DNA of 30,924 nt. It comes from Candidatus Jorgensenbacteria bacterium RIFCSPLOWO2_12_FULL_42_11 (GTDB lineage: Bacteria > Patescibacteriota > Minisyncoccia > UBA6257 > MFKM01). The DNA lies in contig MFKM01000030.1 in the NCBI GenBank assembly GCA_001779575.1, positions 1 to 30,924 of the forward strand, read 5' to 3'. The position numbers and the translations under genes are program-made. The notes under the pieces were generated by a model, which ran no database searches, had not been told where the DNA came from, and saw nothing but the letters and a program-made list of their open reading frames with translations. The number at the start of each line of letters is the position of its first letter. The stretch's first letter is position 1. Of this stretch, positions 25,709-30,924 are shown piece after piece.

Positions 25709-26155
25709 ATGGAATTAATTTCCGGTCAAAAATTGAAAATGAGCCAGATTTTTAAAGATGGGAAAGTTATCGCGGTTACCCCGGTCAAGGTTGCCGATAT
25801 TTCTGTTTTTAACGAAGGCGAGCTGGTGAAAATAACCGGAGTGACAAGAGGCATCGGATTTCAGGGCGGGGTCAAACGTTGGGGTTTTCACGGCGGTCCG
25901 AAAAGCCACGGCCAGAAACATCGTTTGCGGGCGCCCGGTTCAATCGGGTCAACCGCGCCTCAACGAGTATTGAAAGGAAGAAAAATGGCTGGCCATACCG
26001 GCGCTCGCCAAAAAACCGTCAGAAATCTTAAAGTGGTTGCCTTGGATAAAGAAAACGCTATTTTAATGCTGAAAGGAGCCGTCCCGGGCTATAAAAACAC
26101 TAAAATTTTAATTTCCCTTCCTTTGAAAAAGGCCCCGGAAGGAATTAAATCATAA
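25709..26155 (+). CDS. rplC: 50S ribosomal protein L3, internally shortened (148 aa)
   Basis: GQKLKMSQIF, GIGFQGGVKRWGF, HGQKH-RAPGSIG, GRKMAGH, LKGAVPG; position between rpsJ and rplD. Confidence 0.93.
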   Translation: MELISGQKLKMSQIFKDGKVIAVTPVKVADISVFNEGELVKITGVTRGIGFQGGVKRWGFHGGPKSHGQKHRLRAPGSIGSTAPQRVLKGRKMAGHTGARQKTVRNLKVVALDKENAILMLKGAVPGYKNTKILISLPLKKAPEGIKS

Positions 26156-26158
26156 TTT

Positions 26159-26788
26159 ATGAAGGTAGATTTATTCAATCAAAAAAACGAAAAAACCGGA
26201 ACGCTGGACTTGCCAGACGCCGTTTTTGGCGTTGAATGGAATCCGGATTTGGTTCATCAGGCGTTGACGGTTCAAGTAGCCAATCGAAGGAAGGTTTTGG
26301 CCAACACCAAAGACCGGAGCGAAGTCAGCGGCGGCGGTCGGAAACCGTGGCGGCAAAAAGGCACCGGCCGGGCAAGACACGGCTCCACCCGTTCGCCTTT
26401 ATGGAGAGGCGGCGGCATTACTTTCGGTCCGATTAAAGAAAGAAATTTTTCCAGAAAGATTAATAAAAAAATGAAACAATTAGCGATTTTGGGAATTATT
26501 TCAAAAAAACTCGGCGAGCAGGAAATAAAAATCATTGACACTCTTGAATTGAAAGACCGCAAAACCAAAAATTTAGCCAACTTGGCGAAAAATTTTATTT
26601 CGTCAAAAGAAAGTCTTTTATTAATTCCGGCTAAAGAAAATAAAAATATTTATTCGGCGGCCCGCAATCTGGCGAAAGTCGGCGCGTTAAGCCCGGAGTC
26701 GCTTAACGTTTACGATTTATTGAAATATCAAAAAGTTCTTTTGGATCAAGGAGCCGTTGAATCAATAGTCAAACATTACAAAATATGA
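26159..26788 (+). CDS. rplD: 50S ribosomal protein L4
   Basis: [36 protein letters not shown]. Confidence 0.98.
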   Translation: [209 protein letters not shown]

Positions 26789-27024
26789 CCCAGTACTACA
26801 ACTCCGATGGTATTCTTCTAAGACAATACGTTATCAGATAGAAAGATGAAGTTTGTTTTATTGGTAAGGTCTGGGAGTTTTAATAAAACGACAGAAGAAT
26901 ACATTGAGACAAAAATTATTAAACAAGATATTATGAATAATCAGAACAAAAATAATCAAGTCGCATTAAATCTAATCAACTCCAAAATGAGGAATTTTTG
27001 TCTTTCGGAGTTGTAGTGCTGGGT
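26788..27024 (+). mobile_element. Unclassified 237-bp inverted-repeat element / structured RNA, copy 1 (at the rplW start)
   Basis: Arms ACCCAGTACTACAACTCCGA (26788-26807) and TCGGAGTTGTAGTGCTGGGT (27005-27024); flanked by ATG on both sides (26785-26787, 27025-27027); paralogous to 27307-27544. Confidence 0.7.
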
Positions 27025-27300
27025 ATGAAAATGACGATTAAAAAACCGATGATCAGCGAGAAGACGATGGAAATGGGGAAAATCCGCAAATATGTTTTTT
27101 TGGTTGACCGTCAGGCAAACGCTTATGAGGTTAAGAAAGGAATAGAATCCATCTACAAAGTTAACGTGGAATCGGTCAATGTTATAAATCAAAAAGGAAA
27201 AATCAAGAGGTCGGGTCGCGGCGTTAGTCGCCGGCCATCTTCCAAGAAAGCCATTGTGACTATCAAAAAAGGACAGACGATTGATGTTTTGCCAAAATAA
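27025..27300 (+). CDS. rplW: 50S ribosomal protein L23
   Basis: KKPMISEK, YVFLV, ANAYEVKKGIE, VESVN, KKAIVT. ATG 27025 is used; the track start 26998 lies inside the element. Confidence 0.95.
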   Translation: MKMTIKKPMISEKTMEMGKIRKYVFLVDRQANAYEVKKGIESIYKVNVESVNVINQKGKIKRSGRGVSRRPSSKKAIVTIKKGQTIDVLPK

Positions 27301-27306
27301 AATATG

Positions 27307-27544
27307 CCCAGTAACTCAACTCCGATGGTATTCTTCTGTGATAATGCGTTGTAAGATAAAAAGATAAAGCTTATTTTATCGAATATATTCAAAGAACCCA
27401 ACAAAACAAATAGAAGAATACTTCGAAACAAAAATCATTAAACTAAGATATATGAAAAATAAAAAACAAAACAAATCAGTCGAATCAATATCAACCAACT
27501 CCAAGACGAGAGATTTTTGTCTTTCGGAGTTGAGTTAACTGGGT
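27307..27544 (+). mobile_element. Unclassified 238-bp inverted-repeat element / structured RNA, copy 2 (at the rplB start)
   Basis: Arms CCCAGTAACTCAACTCCGA (27307-27325) and TCGGAGTTGAGTTAACTGGGT (27524-27544); flanked by ATG (27304-27306, 27545-27547); alignable with copy 1 along most of its length. Confidence 0.7.
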
Positions 27545-28288
27545 ATGACTACGGTTTTAATTAAAAGATTAAAAAAGGCGGCCGGCAGAAATTCCCAGGG
27601 GAGAATAACGGTTCGTCATCAAGGCGGCGGGCATAAGAAGCTTTACCGCTTGGTTGATTTTAAGCAAAATAAATTTGATATTCTCGGCCGAATTGAATCG
27701 CTGGAATACGATCCTTACCGTAGCGGCTTAATCGCTAAGGTGGTTTACGCTGACGGCGAGCGGCGTTATATTTTAGCTTCCCACGAAATGAAGGTGGGCG
27801 ACGAAATTATCACTTCGGCCGATGCTCCATTAAAACCAGGAAATCGCACTTTGCTGAAACGTATTGCGGTAGGCAGCTTCGTTTATAATATTGAATTGTC
27901 GCCGGGCAAAGGCGGCCAATTGGTTCGTTCCGCGGGCTTAGCCGTTCAGGTTCTGGCCAATGAGGAGGGCTATACTCATCTGAAATTAGCTTCCGGAGAA
28001 GTTAGAAAAGTTTTAGGGAGCGGTTACGCCACTCTTGGCCAGGTTTCCTATCCGGAACACAATTTGGAAGTAATCGGAAAAGCCGGCCGTTCGCGCTGGC
28101 TGGGAATCAGGCCGACTGTTCGCGGTACGGCTATGAATCCCCGCGACCATCCCTACGGCGGCGGTGAAGGTCGTCAGCCCCGAGGCACTCGCCGACCCAA
28201 GACCAAATGGGGCAAGATTACCGGTGGCCGCAGAACCAGAAACAAAAAAAAATGGTCAAGCAAATTAATTCTTGAAAGAAGAGAATAA
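27545..28288 (+). CDS. rplB: 50S ribosomal protein L2 (N-terminally short, 247 aa)
   Basis: GRNSQGRITVRHQGGGHK, EYDPYRS, GKAGRSRW, RPTVRGTAMNP-DHP-GGGEG. Confidence 0.98.
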   Translation: MTTVLIKRLKKAAGRNSQGRITVRHQGGGHKKLYRLVDFKQNKFDILGRIESLEYDPYRSGLIAKVVYADGERRYILASHEMKVGDEIITSADAPLKPGNRTLLKRIAVGSFVYNIELSPGKGGQLVRSAGLAVQVLANEEGYTHLKLASGEVRKVLGSGYATLGQVSYPEHNLEVIGKAGRSRWLGIRPTVRGTAMNPRDHPYGGGEGRQPRGTRRPKTKWGKITGGRRTRNKKKWSSKLILERRE

Positions 28289-28301
28289 TTATTAATATAA
28301 T

Positions 28302-28628
28302 ATGTCAAGAAGCAGTAAAAAAGGCCCATACGTTTATCAAAAGCTTTTGGAAAAAATAGCCAAGTTAAAGCCGGGCGATCCGACGGCAATTAAAACATGG
28401 GCCAGGGATTCCGAAATTTCGCCGGAAATGGTTGGTTATACTTTTGGCGTTCACAACGGCAAAAATTTTATAACGGTCAGGGTATCGGAAGAAATGGTGG
28501 GTCATCGGTTGGGCGAATTTTCGCTGACCCGGAAATTCGTTAAACATGGCGGTAAAATCCAAAAAGAATTGGAGCAGAAAAAAGAAATGGCCCAGCAAGA
28601 ACAACCAAAACCGGCGGCCAAGCAGTAA
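28302..28628 (+). CDS. rpsS: 30S ribosomal protein S19
   Basis: [28 protein letters not shown]. Confidence 0.98.
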   Translation: MSRSSKKGPYVYQKLLEKIAKLKPGDPTAIKTWARDSEISPEMVGYTFGVHNGKNFITVRVSEEMVGHRLGEFSLTRKFVKHGGKIQKELEQKKEMAQQEQPKPAAKQ

Positions 28629-29171
28629 ATGCAAAATAGCCAAAACATGAAAACCCAAACAGCAAAATTAAGATATTTGAAAATCAGCCCGCGGAAAACC
28701 CGATTGGTGGCTGATTTGATTAAGGGTTTGCCGGTCAATGAAGCGGAGGCTCACCTTTTGATTTTACCCAATCGAGCCAGTAAACCGATTTTGAAATTAT
28801 TGCGGTCGGCCGTGGCTAACGCTAAAAATAATCAAAAAATAAACACCGAACATCTTTTCATAAAAGAAATCCGGGTAGACATAGGACCGCGGCAGAAACG
28901 CTCGCGAACCAGGGCCAGGGGCTCGTCCAGCTTGATTGAAAAGAAAAGTTGCCATATTATTCTAGTTTTAGCGGAATTAGAAAAAGAAATTCCGTTAAAA
29001 TTCAAATTTATTGCCAAGCCGAAAAAAATCAAAAAAGAAAAATTGACAAAAGGAAAGGCTGGAAAAGAAAAACCGGAGGGCTTGAAACCGGCGAAAGAAG
29101 AAAAAAACCAGGAAACAAAGCCCAAGAAATTGAGCGCTTTTAGACGGATTTTTAGAAGAAAAGCAATATAA
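28629..29171 (+). CDS. rplV: 50S ribosomal protein L22 with Lys-rich C-terminal extension
   Basis: ISPRKTRLVADLIKG, KLLRSAVANA, RARG; the start may be 28629 or 28647. Confidence 0.95.
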   Translation: MQNSQNMKTQTAKLRYLKISPRKTRLVADLIKGLPVNEAEAHLLILPNRASKPILKLLRSAVANAKNNQKINTEHLFIKEIRVDIGPRQKRSRTRARGSSSLIEKKSCHIILVLAELEKEIPLKFKFIAKPKKIKKEKLTKGKAGKEKPEGLKPAKEEKNQETKPKKLSAFRRIFRRKAI

Positions 29172-29177
29172 AAAATT

Positions 29178-29861
29178 ATGGCTCGAAAAATCAATCCAAA
29201 TTCTTTCAGGCTGGGTCTAATCAGGAATTGGCAAAACCGTTGGTTTCTGAAGAGAAATTTAAATTACCTTTTAGAAGAGGATTATTTGGTGAGGCAAGAA
29301 ATTTTAAAAAAAATTATCAAGGCCGGAATAGCCGGCATTGAAATTGAACGGACGGGAAATCTTTGTAAAATTTTCATCAAAGCCGCTCGGCCGGGATTAA
29401 TTATCGGTCGGGGAGGCAAAGGCATTGAAGAACTGAAGAAAGCGATTGAAGCTGTCATAACGGTTTTTCGGCGCCGGAAAAAAATTAAGGAAATTCCGGA
29501 ATTGAATCTTGATATTGAAGAATTAAAGCGAACGGAAATTTCGGCCCAAGTGGAAGCCCAAAACGTCGCTTTTGATTTGGAAAGAAGGTTGCGTTTCCGG
29601 AGAGTTTTAAAAATGCATTTGGATGCTATTATGCAGAACAAAATAGCCAGAGGAGCCAAAATACGCTTGACTGGTCGGCTGGATGGAGCGGAAATCGCCC
29701 GGAAAGAATGGTTAGCCAAAGGCCGCATGCCCTTGACCAGTCTTAGGGCTGATATTGATTACGGCGAAGCCACGGCTTTCACGACTTACGGAACTATTGG
29801 CGTCAAAACCTGGATTTATAAAGGAGAAATATTTGACGAGAAAATAAAAAGTAGAATATGA
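29178..29861 (+). CDS. rpsC: 30S ribosomal protein S3
   Basis: KINPNSFRLG, ARPGLIIGRGG, GRLDGAEIAR, LRADIDY, GVKTWIYKGE. Confidence 0.98.
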   Translation: MARKINPNSFRLGLIRNWQNRWFLKRNLNYLLEEDYLVRQEILKKIIKAGIAGIEIERTGNLCKIFIKAARPGLIIGRGGKGIEELKKAIEAVITVFRRRKKIKEIPELNLDIEELKRTEISAQVEAQNVAFDLERRLRFRRVLKMHLDAIMQNKIARGAKIRLTGRLDGAEIARKEWLAKGRMPLTSLRADIDYGEATAFTTYGTIGVKTWIYKGEIFDEKIKSRI

Positions 29862-29901
29862 AATTCCAAATTCTATTTTCCAAATTCTAAATTTTAAAAC
29901 T
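29862..29901. repeat. 7-bp-period spacer before rplP
   Basis: AAATTCC AAATTCT ATTTTCC AAATTCT AAATTTT AAAACT-ATG. Confidence 0.75.
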
Positions 29902-30315
29902 ATGTTTGAACCAAAAAAAGTAAAACATCGAAAATGGCACAAAGGCCGTTCGCGGAAGAGATTGACGGAGACCAGAGGCACCAAATTGGCTTTTGGCAGT
30001 TTTGGGATACAGGCCTTAACGCCATATTGGATAACCAGCCGCCAGCTGGAAGCGATCCGCAAAACTATCAGCCATTCCCTGAAAAATCGCGGCCGGATTT
30101 GGATCAGGGTTTTTCCCGACAAGCCGATTACGAAAATGCCGCCGGAAGTTACCCTTGGCGGCGGAAAAGGCGAAGTTGACCATTACGTTTTTCCTGTCAA
30201 GCCCGGCCGGATTATGTTTGAGGTGGATGGCGTGGAAGCGGCCGTTGCCCAGCACGCTTTAAAGATGGGGAGTCGAAAACTGCCGTTAAGGTCAAGAATT
30301 ATCAGTAAGGAGTAG
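29902..30315 (+). CDS. rplP: 50S ribosomal protein L16
   Basis: PKKVKHRKWHKGR, IWIRVFPDKPIT, GGGKG, KPGRIMFE. Confidence 0.98.
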   Translation: MFEPKKVKHRKWHKGRSRKRLTETRGTKLAFGSFGIQALTPYWITSRQLEAIRKTISHSLKNRGRIWIRVFPDKPITKMPPEVTLGGGKGEVDHYVFPVKPGRIMFEVDGVEAAVAQHALKMGSRKLPLRSRIISKE

Positions 30316-30351
30316 CCCCGAATAGACCTGTATAAATCAGCGAATATTATT

Positions 30352-30555
30352 ATGAAAAAAAAGAATTTTCAAGAAATTAAAAACAAGCCCGTCGCCGAGC
30401 TTCAAAAGGAATTGGTTGGATATCGGGAACGTTTTAGGGTTTTGAAATTTGACTTAGCCGCCGGCAAGGTTAAGAATATAAGAGAAATCAAAGAAGTTAA
30501 AAAGACGATTGCCCAAATTTTAACGATTATAAATAATAAAGAAAGTAGAAAGTAG
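30352..30555 (+). CDS. rpmC: 50S ribosomal protein L29
   Basis: LKFDLAAG...[16 protein letters not shown]; located between rplP and rpsQ. Confidence 0.93.
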   Translation: MKKKNFQEIKNKPVAELQKELVGYRERFRVLKFDLAAGKVKNIREIKEVKKTIAQILTIINNKESRK

Positions 30556-30563
30556 GATAAATG

Positions 30564-30598
30564 AAATCCTGGATTCTATTTTCCAGATCCTAAAACTT
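30564..30598. repeat. 7-bp-period spacer before rpsQ, paralogous to 29862-29901
   Basis: AAATCCT GGATTCT ATTTTCC AGATCCT AAAACTT-ATG. Confidence 0.7.
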
Positions 30599-30847
30599 AT
30601 GGCTAGAAAATTAAAAGGAAAAATAATTTCCGATAAAATGACAAAAACGCGGGTGGTGGCCGTGACGAGATTGAAATTGCACCAAAAATACCGGAAATAT
30701 TATAAAATAACCAAAAGATTCAAAGCCCACGACGAAAAAAACGAATACAAAACGGGAGAAGATGTCGTGATTGAAGAATGCCGGCCATTGTCAAAAGAGA
30801 AGCGATGGCGAATTATCAGTAAATTAGCCACTATCCCCAGCGATTAA
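30599..30847 (+). CDS. rpsQ: 30S ribosomal protein S17
   Basis: [31 protein letters not shown]. Confidence 0.97.
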   Translation: MARKLKGKIISDKMTKTRVVAVTRLKLHQKYRKYYKITKRFKAHDEKNEYKTGEDVVIEECRPLSKEKRWRIISKLATIPSD

Positions 30848-30855
30848 CAATCAAT

Positions 30856-30924
30856 ATGATTCAAGAACGAACAATATTAAATGTAGCTGATAATTCCGGA
30901 GCAAAAATCATCCGATGTTTCAGG
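30856..30924 (+). CDS. rplN: 50S ribosomal protein L14 (5' part, cut by the window end)
   Basis: MIQERTILNVADNSGAKIIRCFR, following rpsQ. Confidence 0.93.
   Translation, partial: MIQERTILNVADNSGAKIIRCFR

Noticed and set aside
26998-27024. ORF-track N-terminal extension of rplW (MSFGVVVLG)
   Set aside because: It lies in the right arm of the inserted element; L23 homology begins at ATG 27025.
26800-27530. Hammerhead ribozyme reading of the two elements (CCGAUGG, GAAAC/GAGAC and GUC around a three-way junction)
   Set aside because: The core differs from CUGANGA, copy 1 lacks GAAA, extra bases precede GAAA in copy 2, and the would-be core bases are paired in P1. It is not a canonical hammerhead, though a cleavage assay is cheap.
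26788-27544. Group I or II intron identity for the elements (AAGATAT...AGTC resembles the group I S element)
   Set aside because: No P7/P3 pseudoknot, internal guide sequence or group II domain V could be built, and both downstream genes are complete without splicing.
512-30255. The many other 60-170 aa ORFs overlapping or antisense to well-supported genes
   Set aside because: They are expected shadow frames of conserved genes, with no independent start signals or motifs.
1-30924. CRISPR array, rRNA genes, transposase/integrase, or stop-codon reassignment (code 25)
   Set aside because: No repeat-spacer array, rRNA or recombinase ORF was seen. TGA ends conserved genes at the expected places (rplD, rpsC, pilC), so the standard code applies.

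Overview
A 30.9-kb chromosomal window, most likely from a Patescibacteria (CPR, Parcubacteria-like) bacterium. This placement is inferred from the near-absence of Shine-Dalgarno sites, several apparently leaderless genes, an archaeal-type non-discriminating AspRS, and the form of the pilin locus and r-proteins. Gene order on the + strand: pilB/gspE, pilC, a GIY-YIG gene enclosed in a perfect 22-bp inverted repeat, two pilin-like genes with pilin relics between them, grpE-dnaK-(membrane protein)-dnaJ-rmuC-(nucleotidyltransferase-like)-(ComEC-type MBL hydrolase), aspS and a CAP-domain gene. A minus-strand block follows: rpmB, tRNA-Pro(GGG), ndh-like, ahpC, DUF5671-like, tRNA-Pro(TGG), tatD and a compact 6S-like RNA. 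Then come an M50 protease, a B12 radical SAM enzyme, and the str and S10 operons through the start of rplN. The strongest unexplained signals are five. (1) Two paralogous ~237-bp elements sit exactly at the start codons of rplW and rplB; they are bounded by ~20-bp inverted repeats and an ATG duplication, fold into a three-stem junction with compensatory base changes, and carry a decayed ORF. (2) DnaJ has HPH instead of HPD, and the adjacent DnaK has Leu at the partner residue Arg167. (3) The GIY-YIG cassette fills its inverted repeat exactly and shares ACCC...GGGT termini with the first r-protein element. (4) L3 has a large internal deletion. (5) Palindromes and 7-bp-period repeats are dense, some inserted in frame in GrpE and TatD. 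All alignments and folds were done by eye; no database search was run.
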